Assembly: GCA_965366365.1 (NCBI GenBank)
Contig: CBDUEV010000007.1
Location: forward strand, 774-64,773
DNA: 64,000 bases
Origin: an uncultured Acidimicrobiia bacterium
Lineage (GTDB): Bacteria > Actinomycetota > Acidimicrobiia > Spongiisociales > JAENVV01
Direction: 5' to 3'
Shown in pieces: positions 18,746 through 27,366 of this stretch (the stretch's first letter is position 1; each line of letters starts with the position of its first letter). Under the pieces are notes generated by a model. It saw only the letters and a list, made by a program, of their open reading frames with translations. It had not been told where the DNA came from and did no database searches. The position numbers and the translations under genes were made by a program.

Positions 18746-19851
18746 AACTCGGCGGGGAGACCGTATCGCTCCCAGTAGGCGGGCTCGTGGGTATCACCAT
18801 GGTCGAACCATCCGTTGACCAGCGAGGTCACCTTCCCTCTGTGGGCTGAAGGGACCTTCAGTTTCTGGCCGCCGCGATCGGCGATGATCACCAGATCCCA
18901 GCGCACCCGCACGTCGATCAACCGCCGGACCCTGCCAAGCTCGGGAAACCACTCTCCGTGCACCGGCCAGCTCAGGAGGACCAGGCGGTCGACCTCGAGC
19001 CCGCGGCGGGTGGCCAGGTTGGCGACGGTGGCGCCATGGCTGTGGGCGAACACGTCCGGCCGCTGCAAGCCCTGGTCGACCACCCAATCGGCCATGCGCT
19101 GGGCGGCGAGCTGGCGAGCGCCATCGGAGTAGAGCCCCGTCCATTGGTAGCTGGGGTCGTGCGGGTTGAGCGCCGGGATCAATCCGGCGAGGTAGCTATG
19201 GAACGTCCCCCCGGGCCGCCACCAGCGACTCCTTGCCGCGAACGTCCCATGGCTGAGCACGGCGGTATGAGACTCACGATCGGTGCCGCTCAGCTCCGCC
19301 GGGCGACCGACGACATACCGCAGGGCTTCGTGGCTCGGAACGACCCGAGCGAGGCCAACCCTCCCCAGATCGCGGACGAGCGGGTCACGAGACCTGGCGC
19401 CCTCCACCAGCACGTCCACCACATCCTCACGGGGGCCGGTGGTGTCCAGGGCGGCGGTCGCCGCCGCCGTCCGAACGAGGCGGCTGTCACTGTGCAGATT
19501 CGCCTCGACGAGTGACGCCGCAGTGACCGCCTCGGGTTTGTCGATCAGTCGTTTCGTGATGGCGGCGCTGGCAGACGCCGGGATCCGCACGTCTGCCCGA
19601 CCCACATGGGTGTCGACATCGATATCGAGAGGCCTCACCGCCTGAGCGACGGGCATTCTTCGCTTGCGCTCGATGCGGCGAAGGTCACTCGGCAAATCGA
19701 GTTCGCGCGGGGAGTCCAGTCTCTCCGTCTCACCACCGACCGCGGCCCCGGCGGTCAGCACGATCGCTGCCTGACTGAGCCGGGCGTCACGGCTCGTCTC
19801 CTCGAACGCCTCCGGCCCGGTGACGGGTGTGACTTCGTGGTATCCGGCCAT
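18742..19851 (-). CDS. Hypothetical protein: N-terminal HEAT-like repeats fused to a lipase/esterase-like alpha/beta-hydrolase domain
   Basis: C-terminal half has a HGT...W.PGG.F...YQWTG...VFAHSHGATV (GxSxG-like AHSHG) layout with later Asp/His candidates. The N-terminal half has SDSRLVRTAAATAL / SRDPLVRDLGRVGL repeats. Confidence 0.5.
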   Translation of the reverse strand: MAGYHEVTPVTGPEAFEETSRDARLSQAAIVLTAGAAVGGETERLDSPRELDLPSDLRRIERKRRMPVAQAVRPLDIDVDTHVGRADVRIPASASAAITKRLIDKPEAVTAASLVEANLHSDSRLVRTAAATAALDTTGPREDVVDVLVEGARSRDPLVRDLGRVGLARVVPSHEALRYVVGRPAELSGTDRESHTAVLSHGTFAARSRWWRPGGTFHSYLAGLIPALNPHDPSYQWTGLYSDGARQLAAQRMADWVVDQGLQRPDVFAHSHGATVANLATRRGLEVDRLVLLSWPVHGEWFPELGRVRRLIDVRVRWDLVIIADRGGQKLKVPSAHRGKVTSLVNGWFDHGDTHEPAYWERYGLPAEL

Positions 19852-19958
19852 TGGCGTGTCCCCTCGTCCGCTCCCTCAAGTGATACCCCAGGAGACGCGG
19901 CGAGTCAATGAGCGGTGCCGGGCCAAACACAGCAGGCAACGGGAGAAGGTCGATCGGC

Positions 19959-20729
19959 CTAGCGCAGATGGCGCAGGAGCACCTCGGCGATTGCCCCGGG
20001 CGCCTCACCGACGACGGCGTGGCCAACGCCGTCGAGGACCACCAACTCACCGTTCGGGATCAGATTCGCCAGCTGTCTGCCCTGGTCGTGATATTTCCGG
20101 TCGTCCGCCCCCACGACCACGGTGACGGGCATCGAGAGGCGACCGACCCTCTCTCCGAGGTACGGCTGAACACCCTGGCCGAATCCCCGGAGGGCGGCGG
20201 CGAGTCCTTGAGCCGTGTTGCGCAGGCGCAGCGCCTTGTCAGCCTCCCGCCACTCGGCGTCCCGACGCCCGAGGCCGGCGAACAGCGGGAAGTCGACCCA
20301 CCCGTCCACGAACCGTTCGATTCCCCCAGCCTCGATCTGGCGAGCCAGCCGGTCGTCCCCCGCCCTCCGGGCGGCCCTTTCTGCCTCGCCGGCGATTCCA
20401 GCTCCGGCGGCGATGACGATCAGGCTCCGCACCAGGTCGGGCCCGGCCAGGGCGGCCTCCATTGCCATGCGGCCCCCTGCCGAATAGCCGAGCAGCACCC
20501 CCGGATCTCCCGAGGCTTCGGCCACGCCGGCGAGCGCGGCGAGGATCCGGTCGGTGGCGGTGGTCACGTCCACCGGGCCCCGCTCCTCGTCGTGGCCGGG
20601 CAGCGCTGGACACAGCGCACCGTGGCCCACGAGGCCGACCAGCTCGGCGAACATCTCTGGCCGTTGCGTGAAGCCGTGGACGCCGACCCAGGTGGCCGGC
20701 TGCTCGCCGAGTGGGGTGATCGTGCTCAT
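19959..20729 (-). CDS. menH: 2-succinyl-6-hydroxy-2,4-cyclohexadiene-1-carboxylate synthase (alpha/beta hydrolase)
   Basis: GYSAGGR nucleophile elbow, 256 aa, divergent from menD. Function assigned mainly by context. Confidence 0.7.
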   Translation of the reverse strand: MSTITPLGEQPATWVGVHGFTQRPEMFAELVGLVGHGALCPALPGHDEERGPVDVTTATDRILAALAGVAEASGDPGVLLGYSAGGRMAMEAALAGPDLVRSLIVIAAGAGIAGEAERAARRAGDDRLARQIEAGGIERFVDGWVDFPLFAGLGRRDAEWREADKALRLRNTAQGLAAALRGFGQGVQPYLGERVGRLSMPVTVVVGADDRKYHDQGRQLANLIPNGELVVLDGVGHAVVGEAPGAIAEVLLRHLR

Positions 20730-22437
20730 GGCCGGTATTCTCCCAGACGTGGCGAATCCGAACTACGTCTTCACCTACACCCTGGCTCGGGGGCTCCGGG
20801 ACCTCGGGGCGACCGACGCCGTCGTCACTCCTGGCTCCCGCAACACTCCCCTGGCTCTGGCCTTTGCGGAAACCGACGGTCTAGCCCGCTGGATACACCA
20901 CGACGAGCGCTCCGCCGCATTCTTCGCGTTGGGCTTGGCCAAGACCACCGGCCGGCCCGTCATCCTGGTGTGCACGTCGGGGACGGCTGCAGCCGAGTAC
21001 CTCCCCGCGTTGACCGAGGCTCGCCACGCTCGCGTACCTCTGATCGCGCTCACTGCTGATCGCCCCCCCGAGCTTCGCCAGGTGGCGGCCCCACAGTCGA
21101 TCAACCAGATCGGCATCTACGGTCCGGCCGTCAAGTGGTCACACGAGGCGGGAACTCCCACCACGGACTACCCACCGGGACCCTATGCGGCCCGCCTGGC
21201 CGGCGCAGCCTGGACGCGCAGCCTGGATTCACCGGCCGGACCGGTTCACCTCAACTGTCCGTTCCGCGAACCTCTCGCCCCCATCGATCTGCCGCAGATC
21301 GATAGCCTCGCCGCCGTTGCCCCCGTCCACCAAGGATCGCTCATCCCGGGCCCCGCCGCGCTTCAGGCGGTGGCCGAGCAGCTGTCGGGTCGCCGGGTTC
21401 TGCTGGTGGCCGGCGAGATGCCGGCCGAGGCGATCGAACCGGTGGCGGCTTTGAGCGCCGCGCTGGATGCACCGTTGTTTGCCGATCCGCTCTCGGGCCT
21501 CCGGGCGGGTCACCACGACAAGAGCCGGGTGATCACCACCGGCGACACACTGGCTCGGGCGGGCCTTCTCGACGGGCGCCTCGCCCCCGAGGTCGTGGTC
21601 AGGTTTGGCGCGCCGGCCACGTCGAAGGCGCTCGCCCAGCGGCTCTCGGGGAATCCCCCTGTGACCCAGGTGGTGGTGGACGATGCCGAGTGGCGCCAGC
21701 CCACCACGGGTGCGGCCACGATGGTGCGCGGCACCTCCGCCGCCACTGCGTCGGCCTTGGTCCCCCTCGTCTCGCCTGGCGGCCCCGACTGGATGCAGGC
21801 GTGGCGAGAGGCCGACAACAAGGTCCAACACCTGTGGAGCGAGATCGCCTTCCCGTCCGAACCGGCGGTGATCCAGACGATTGCCGCCCACCTTCCGTCG
21901 GGATCTCGGCTCTGGGTGGCCAGTTCGATGCCGATTCGCGACCTCGACAGTTTCTGCGGGCCGACGGAGCGGCCGATCCGGATCGTCGCCAACCGGGGCG
22001 CCAACGGGATCGATGGCTTCGTGTCGTCGGTCTTGGGTTCGGCCGCGGCCGGGCCGGCACCGACCTTCGGGGTGAGTGGCGATCTCTCCCTGCTCCATGA
22101 CCTGACCGCCTTAGCCGGCGGCGTTCGCCTCGGTCTCGACGCCACCATCGTGGTGATCAACAACGACGGAGGTGGCATCTTTCACTTTCTGCCTCAGGCC
22201 GACCATCCCGAGTTCTTCGAGTCTCACCTCGTCACCCCACACGGTCTCGATTTCGGGCCGTTGGTGGAGGGATTCGGCGCCGTCTACCAGCTGGTGGAGG
22301 AGCACTCCGGTCTCGTCGAGGCGCTCACGACTCCACCGAGCGGGATTCGCGTCGTCGAGGTCCGGACCGACCGCCGCCACAACGCCGACCTTCACGAAGC
22401 CTGGTGGAGGAAGGCCGCGGAGACCCTGTCCGTCTAG
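20728..22437 (+). CDS. menD: 2-succinyl-5-enolpyruvyl-6-hydroxy-3-cyclohexene-1-carboxylate synthase (ThDP enzyme)
   Basis: VVTPGSRNTPLALAF, CTSGTAAAEYLPA, GANGIDG, GDLSLLHD...NNDGGGIF ThDP motif. Start at MAGILPD (ATG 20728). Confidence 0.9.
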   Translation: MAGILPDVANPNYVFTYTLARGLRDLGATDAVVTPGSRNTPLALAFAETDGLARWIHHDERSAAFFALGLAKTTGRPVILVCTSGTAAAEYLPALTEARHARVPLIALTADRPPELRQVAAPQSINQIGIYGPAVKWSHEAGTPTTDYPPGPYAARLAGAAWTRSLDSPAGPVHLNCPFREPLAPIDLPQIDSLAAVAPVHQGSLIPGPAALQAVAEQLSGRRVLLVAGEMPAEAIEPVAALSAALDAPLFADPLSGLRAGHHDKSRVITTGDTLARAGLLDGRLAPEVVVRFGAPATSKALAQRLSGNPPVTQVVVDDAEWRQPTTGAATMVRGTSAATASALVPLVSPGGPDWMQAWREADNKVQHLWSEIAFPSEPAVIQTIAAHLPSGSRLWVASSMPIRDLDSFCGPTERPIRIVANRGANGIDGFVSSVLGSAAAGPAPTFGVSGDLSLLHDLTALAGGVRLGLDATIVVINNDGGGIFHFLPQADHPEFFESHLVTPHGLDFGPLVEGFGAVYQLVEEHSGLVEALTTPPSGIRVVEVRTDRRHNADLHEAWWRKAAETLSV

Positions 22438-22483
22438 AAACACTCGGCGGCCACACCACACACCCATCGCAGAAACGCACACA

Positions 22484-22510
22484 CCGCAGAAACGCACAGC
22501 GTTTCTGCGG
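22484..22510. terminator. Perfect 12-bp stem hairpin (CCGCAGAAACGC-aca-GCGTTTCTGCGG) between convergent menD and menF
   Basis: Read directly from the sequence. Located 47 nt after the menD stop. Confidence 0.6.
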
Positions 22511-22511
22511 T

Positions 22512-22536
22512 GTGAAGCGAACTAGGTTCGCTTCAC
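22512..22536. terminator. Second perfect 11-bp stem hairpin (GTGAAGCGAAC-tag-GTTCGCTTCAC) immediately adjacent
   Basis: Read directly from the sequence. Located 12 nt beyond the menF stop on the other strand. Confidence 0.6.
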
Positions 22537-22547
22537 GTAGTTCGCCT

Positions 22548-23912
22548 TCACGCTTCGGTCAACATCTGGAGCATCGTCCGGAACTTGAGTCTGGTTTCCT
22601 CGAGTTCCACGGACGGCACGGAGTCGGCCACGATCCCGGCGCCGGCGTAGAGGAAGGCCTGGTTCCCGCGCAGGAGCGCGCACCTGAGCGCAACGGCGAT
22701 CTCGCCGTCTCCGTCGGCCGACATCCAGCCGATGCCGCCGGCGTACCAACCCCGATCGAGTCCCTCGCACTTGTCCAGAAACGCCAGCGCCTCATCGCGG
22801 GGGCTTCCTCCGACGGCGGGAGTGGGGTGCAACGCCCCTGCTACATCGATCACGGTCATCGGGTGGGAGAGGGTTCCGGCGACCTCACTGGAGAGGTGCT
22901 GCACGTGCGTGAGCTTGCGGAGGCTCGGGTACCGGTCGACCTGAAGCTCGGTGACCAGCGGCGCCAGTCGAGCGGCGATGTCGTCGACGACCACTCGGTG
23001 CTCCACCCGGTTCTTGGCACTGGCCATCAGTTCGTCGCCGATACCCCGATCGGCCTCGTCTCCTTCGCCGCGCGGAGCCGAGCCGGCCAGTGGATGAGAA
23101 CTGACCCGTCCACCTTCGACCGCGACGAGCAGCTCTGGCGAGGCTCCCACGAAGACCCCATCTCCCTGTTGCCAACCAAAGACGTAGCAGGCGGGGTAGT
23201 CGTGGCCGAGACGGTTCACGAGGTCGAAAGGTCGGGGGGTGATGTCCGATGTGACTACCACGGAGCGAGCCAGGACGGCTTTCGCCATGCCACCGGCTCG
23301 GATCTGGCCTACGGCATCAGCGACGGCCTGTTCGTACTGGGAGGGGGAAGGCCGTGACTCGATGGCATGGTCGGTGGCGTTCGACCCCATCGGCGGCGGT
23401 GGCACCTCGAGGGTGCGGAGGACATCGGCGACAGAACCGAAGCTTCGACCCGGGGGCAGCGTCACCACCAGCTTCGTTTCGCCGTCTTCCCGAATCGCCG
23501 CGATGAGCGGAACGACCCCGCTGGTAGGGGTGAAGCCGTCCCATTCCGGTCGACGACCTCCTTCTGGCGAGAACGAGAACCCCACCAGAACCCGCAGATG
23601 AGGAGAGATCTCCTCGAACTGCCTCACCTCGTCGGTAAAGGCGCTGAACCGGTCGGGCCCGAACGGCGCCACCGTCTGCCATGCCGCACCCAACCCGGCG
23701 ATCTGACGGCCGGCCGGGGTGCTCAGGTAGCCGGCGAAGGGGAACTGGTCGCTGCCGGAACGCACCAGATCCAGGGGGCGGAGGTCGGCTGGTCCCCATG
23801 CCACCCTCACGGCGTTCGGTTCGAGCGCGCCAAACTGGGTCTCGAGTGACTCGATGAGCGCAGGTGAGATCAACACGCCCGGCAGTCTATTGGGGAACGC
23901 ACACAATCCCAA
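22548..23912 (-). CDS. menF: Isochorismate synthase
   Basis: Chorismate-binding C-terminus: GASPELL, HPLAGS, NRVEHRVVVDDI, TLHPTPAVGG, RGWYAGGIGW, IRCA-like LRCAL, AGAGIVADS. TTG start, uncertain. Confidence 0.85.
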   Translation of the reverse strand: MGLCAFPNRLPGVLISPALIESLETQFGALEPNAVRVAWGPADLRPLDLVRSGSDQFPFAGYLSTPAGRQIAGLGAAWQTVAPFGPDRFSAFTDEVRQFEEISPHLRVLVGFSFSPEGGRRPEWDGFTPTSGVVPLIAAIREDGETKLVVTLPPGRSFGSVADVLRTLEVPPPPMGSNATDHAIESRPSPSQYEQAVADAVGQIRAGGMAKAVLARSVVVTSDITPRPFDLVNRLGHDYPACYVFGWQQGDGVFVGASPELLVAVEGGRVSSHPLAGSAPRGEGDEADRGIGDELMASAKNRVEHRVVVDDIAARLAPLVTELQVDRYPSLRKLTHVQHLSSEVAGTLSHPMTVIDVAGALHPTPAVGGSPRDEALAFLDKCEGLDRGWYAGGIGWMSADGDGEIAVALRCALLRGNQAFLYAGAGIVADSVPSVELEETRLKFRTMLQMLTEA

Positions 23913-23918
23913 CGGCGC

Positions 23919-24737
23919 TCAGCGGCCCAATGATCGAATCTCGGCTTGGATGATCTCGGCGAGCAGGCGCGGTGCTTCCATCGGAACGAAATGGGTGGTG
24001 CCGGCAACCACCAGGCCTTTCCCATCCGGCAACCTCCCCGCGAGGTGTGCCGTGTACTCGGGCGTGTGGCTGGTGGAGTCCTCGCCGGCGACTACCAGCA
24101 CCGGTATCTCCACCTCGCCGAGGCGATCGTACACCCCGTGGGCACCGGCGGTTTCATAGAGCTCAGCCTCGTCCTCCGGCGAGCAGGCGAGGATCCAGCG
24201 GTCGCCGTCGCGCTCGAGTCCGCCGGCGATGTAGGCATCCATGGCCTCAGGGGTCCAGCGCGAAAAGACCTGCTTCTGCTGGAACTTCAGGAGCGCTTCC
24301 TGAGGCGATGAGAACGAACGTCGGCGGCGGCGAGCTGATCTCGCCATCATGTTCTCGTCCGTGGACCGGCGGTACGGTCCTGGGAAGACGATGGGCTCGA
24401 CGAGGACCAGCCGCTCGAACAGGCCGGGGTTCTCGAGCTGGGCCATGACCAGGGCAGCCGACCCCATGGAATGGCCGACCCCGATCCGAGGCGCTGGCTC
24501 GCCTAGCGAGACACCGGCGGCTGCCGATCCGAACGACCACCAGTCGATCGGGTGCGGGGCCTTTGGGGATTCACCGTGGGATGGAAAATCCCAGGCTACG
24601 GCGGGAAGCGTTTCGCCGAGCAGTCTCAGCTCGTCCACCACCGGACCCCACACCTCCTTGGAGAAGCCGTTGGCGTGGGACAGGCACAGGGTGGCGAGAC
24701 CCGCTCCCTCCCAGCGTTTGATGGCGAGGTTGCTCAC
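23919..24737 (-). CDS. Alpha/beta hydrolase
   Basis: GHSMGSAAL nucleophile elbow and C-terminal THFVPME. 272 aa. Confidence 0.75.
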   Translation of the reverse strand: MSNLAIKRWEGAGLATLCLSHANGFSKEVWGPVVDELRLLGETLPAVAWDFPSHGESPKAPHPIDWWSFGSAAAGVSLGEPAPRIGVGHSMGSAALVMAQLENPGLFERLVLVEPIVFPGPYRRSTDENMMARSARRRRRSFSSPQEALLKFQQKQVFSRWTPEAMDAYIAGGLERDGDRWILACSPEDEAELYETAGAHGVYDRLGEVEIPVLVVAGEDSTSHTPEYTAHLAGRLPDGKGLVVAGTTHFVPMEAPRLLAEIIQAEIRSLGR

Positions 24738-25364
24738 CTATCGAGGCGAGGCCGCAGCACGGACGTGGTGGTCGAGACCCTCGAACAACCGGATGAAGGC
24801 ATACACCTCGTCTTGGGTCTCCTCCGACCAGTCATCGAAGTAGAGCACCCTGGTCCACGCCACCGCTGCTCCCAGATGCGGTGTCCCGGTGGAGTCGACG
24901 ATGCCCGAATACTCGGTCATCAAGAGGTTCTCGCCTGGGAAGTCCCTGGAGACGGCCGCTCGCAAGCCAAGGACGATGTCGTCGCAGCCGTCAGGACAGT
25001 CGTAGGTGAGGACTACGCCGCCGTCCTCGAGGTTGTGCAGAAAGATCTCGGGCCGGACCGGTGCCTCCTGCTCACCCCAGGCAGCGAGGAAACCGACGTG
25101 AGGACCCGACGAAGGTGGGGAGCTGTTGTAGGGGACATGGGTCTCGAATTCCGAGGCGAGGTGGTTGTTGCCGAGGCTCGGAAACACCTCACCGGGCGGA
25201 GCCGGTTGAAGAACGATGTAGGCCGCGAAAGCCGCCAAGGCGAGCGCGACGCCGCCTGCAACCGTCAGGTTCTTGCGTCGCGCCGTGGCGTGCTTCTCTG
25301 CAGCCTTCTTTTCAGCCTGCTCTATCCGCCGGCGCTCGGCAGCTCTACCTCGGGTCCGAGACAT
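24738..25364 (-). CDS. DUF3105-domain membrane-anchored protein
   Basis: Basic N-terminus, one TM helix, then YNSSPPSSGPH...LEDGGVVLTYDCP typical of DUF3105. Confidence 0.7.
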   Translation of the reverse strand: MSRTRGRAAERRRIEQAEKKAAEKHATARRKNLTVAGGVALALAAFAAYIVLQPAPPGEVFPSLGNNHLASEFETHVPYNSSPPSSGPHVGFLAAWGEQEAPVRPEIFLHNLEDGGVVLTYDCPDGCDDIVLGLRAAVSRDFPGENLLMTEYSGIVDSTGTPHLGAAVAWTRVLYFDDWSEETQDEVYAFIRLFEGLDHHVRAAASPR

Positions 25365-25436
25365 CCGATCGACTCCTTTGATCCTCGATGGCTGGAATCG
25401 TACCGGATTCGTCGGTTTGTGCCGCTCAGCCGCTCA

Positions 25437-26099
25437 TCAGAGATCGACCGGTCGGTCGTCGTCCACCTCGTAGTCGGTCGAGTTTTCCACGCGCACCACA
25501 CCGTCGAGGCGGCGGGTCAGCTCGTTGAGGAGCCGAACGTCCGAGCGGCTGGGCAGAGTTCCGGAGAGGGACACCACACCCTCGTCGACGGACACCTCGA
25601 TGGTATCCGGATCCACGAAGAGCACCCGCTTGAGCACGTCTTGCCGGATCTCTTCCTCGATCACGTCGTCGGGACGCGTGAAGGCGTTGACGACGTCGGC
25701 TCGTGAGATGACACCGAGCAGCTTGCCTTCGTCGTCGACGACAGGCAGCCGTTTCACTCCGTGGGCGACCATGACGCGGGCCGCCTCGGTGAGGCTGGCG
25801 TCCTGGTAGATCACGGTGGGGTGGGCGGTCATCGCCGCTCCAACCGTGTTGTCGTCCGGGGCGGGTTCGCCCTCGTCATACAGCGCGTCGAGGAGCCGTC
25901 TCCGGCCCGACGTTTCGGAGCGGTCGGCCTCCCGGGCGAGAAAATCGGCCTCGGTGATGATGCCCACGAGTAGACCATCCGCGTCGAGGACCGGTAGACC
26001 GCTCACGCCGCGTCGGACCATTCTGCGGGCCGCCTCCTTGAGGGAGTCCTCCGGTGCGGCCGTTTCGATGTTGATGGTCATCAGGTCAATGACTCGCAT
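25437..26099 (-). CDS. CBS-pair plus BON domain protein
   Basis: Two CBS repeats (GVSGLPVLDADGLLVGIITEADF; GVKRLPVVDDEGKLLGVISRADV) and a C-terminal BON-like segment. Overlaps the USP stop by 14 nt. Confidence 0.8.
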   Translation of the reverse strand: MRVIDLMTINIETAAPEDSLKEAARRMVRRGVSGLPVLDADGLLVGIITEADFLAREADRSETSGRRRLLDALYDEGEPAPDDNTVGAAMTAHPTVIYQDASLTEAARVMVAHGVKRLPVVDDEGKLLGVISRADVVNAFTRPDDVIEEEIRQDVLKRVLFVDPDTIEVSVDEGVVSLSGTLPSRSDVRLLNELTRRLDGVVRVENSTDYEVDDDRPVDL

Positions 26100-26535
26100 C
26101 GGATTCCTCCTTCACGATGAGGACATCACATGGTGCGAAATGCAGCACGCGATGTCCTGTGCTTCCCAAGAAGAAGGCGGCAAGCTCACTCCGCCCCCGC
26201 GATCCGAGAACGATCATCTCGGGCTGGTGTTCTTCTGCGTAGTCGAGCAGTGCGTCCGGTGGGTAGCCGCGCACGTTGGCTCGTACCACGGTCATGCCTT
26301 CGGCCCCGTCGGTGGCCAGCACATCGTCGACCTGCTCCCAGGTGGCCAGGGCAGAATCGTCTTCGAAGGATTGGACGTCGAGCGGAGTTTGACCCAGGGC
26401 GGCGATCACCGTCGCTGGGAGATGCACGGCGTGCACGACATGCAGGTCCGCCCCGAGCGCCCTCGCCAGTCCGATGGCCCTTCGCAGCGCCGCGGCGCTG
26501 TACCGCTGTTCATCGACTCCAACCATGACGATCAT
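26086..26535 (-). CDS. Universal stress protein (UspA family)
   Basis: IVMVGVD...LHVVHAV...MIVLGSRGRSELAAFFLGSTGHRVLHFAPCDVLIV. Confidence 0.88.
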   Translation of the reverse strand: MIVMVGVDEQRYSAAALRRAIGLARALGADLHVVHAVHLPATVIAALGQTPLDVQSFEDDSALATWEQVDDVLATDGAEGMTVVRANVRGYPPDALLDYAEEHQPEMIVLGSRGRSELAAFFLGSTGHRVLHFAPCDVLIVKEESDASH

Positions 26536-26547
26536 CGGTACCTCCTC

Positions 26548-27213
26548 TCAGGTCTCCCAGGATTCTGACGGGTATTGGTGCTCTTGTTTGGCTGCGAGCC
26601 GCGCAGCGTAGGCCGCCGCCTCCGACCTCCGACTCATCTCCAGCTTCGAGAGGAGATTCGACACGTAGTTCTTCACCGTCTTCTCGGCCAGGAACATCTC
26701 CTCGGCGATCTGGCGGTTGGTGAGCCCATCGGCGATGTGGAACAGGATCTTCGACTCCTGGGGAGTCAGGCGAGCCAGGAGCGGATCGTCTGGCTCCTCG
26801 CCGCGCAGCTTGCGGAACAGTTTGTCCGTCATCTCGTTGTCCAGCAGGGACTCCCCCCGACCCACCTTGCGGATGTTCTCGACCAGGCTCACCCCATCGA
26901 TCCGCTTGAGCAGATAGCCGGAGGCGCCGGCCATGATGGCCGCCATGAGTGCCTCCTCATCGGCGTAGGAGGTGAGCATGAGCACCTTGACGGTAGGCCA
27001 GCGAGATCGAATCTCGCGGCACGCCTCCACCCCGGTTCCGTCGGGAAGCCGCACATCGAGGATGACCATGTCCGGGGTGTCGAAGCCAACCCGTTTCACA
27101 GCGTCAGCGACGGTCCCCGCCTCGCCCACCACCTCCATGTCATCCTGCAAATCGATCAGGGCTTTGATGCCCTGTCTGACGATTTCGTGATCGTCCACCA
27201 ATACCAAACGCAT
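26548..27213 (-). CDS. NarL/LuxR-family response regulator (DevR/DosR-like)
   Basis: MRLVLVDDHEIVRQG...DMVILDVRLPDG receiver domain plus LTPQESKILFHIADGLTNRQIAEEMFLAEKTVKNYVSNLLSKL HTH. Start moved to ATG 27213. Confidence 0.9.
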   Translation of the reverse strand: MRLVLVDDHEIVRQGIKALIDLQDDMEVVGEAGTVADAVKRVGFDTPDMVILDVRLPDGTGVEACREIRSRWPTVKVLMLTSYADEEALMAAIMAGASGYLLKRIDGVSLVENIRKVGRGESLLDNEMTDKLFRKLRGEEPDDPLLARLTPQESKILFHIADGLTNRQIAEEMFLAEKTVKNYVSNLLSKLEMSRRSEAAAYAARLAAKQEHQYPSESWET

Positions 27214-27323
27214 GTGCGTCCTCATTTCAGGTCTGCCTGTTATGACGGACCCTTCGTAGCCCTCTGCGCCCCAGGCTACCTTGACCATGGTCGGAGTACC
27301 TGGGCACTTGCGCCGCATCGTCA

Positions 27324-27337
27324 GGGGATTTAGTCCC
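27324..27337. promoter_or_regulatory. Near-palindrome GGGGATTTAGTCCC resembling a DevR/DosR box
   Basis: Matches 12 of 14 positions of the core GGGACTWWAGTCCC, recalled from the M. tuberculosis consensus. Lies in the 153-nt divergent spacer between the NarL regulator and the GAF kinase. Confidence 0.35.
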
Positions 27338-27366
27338 ATCACCCTAGGGCGGTTAGCCTTCCCACC

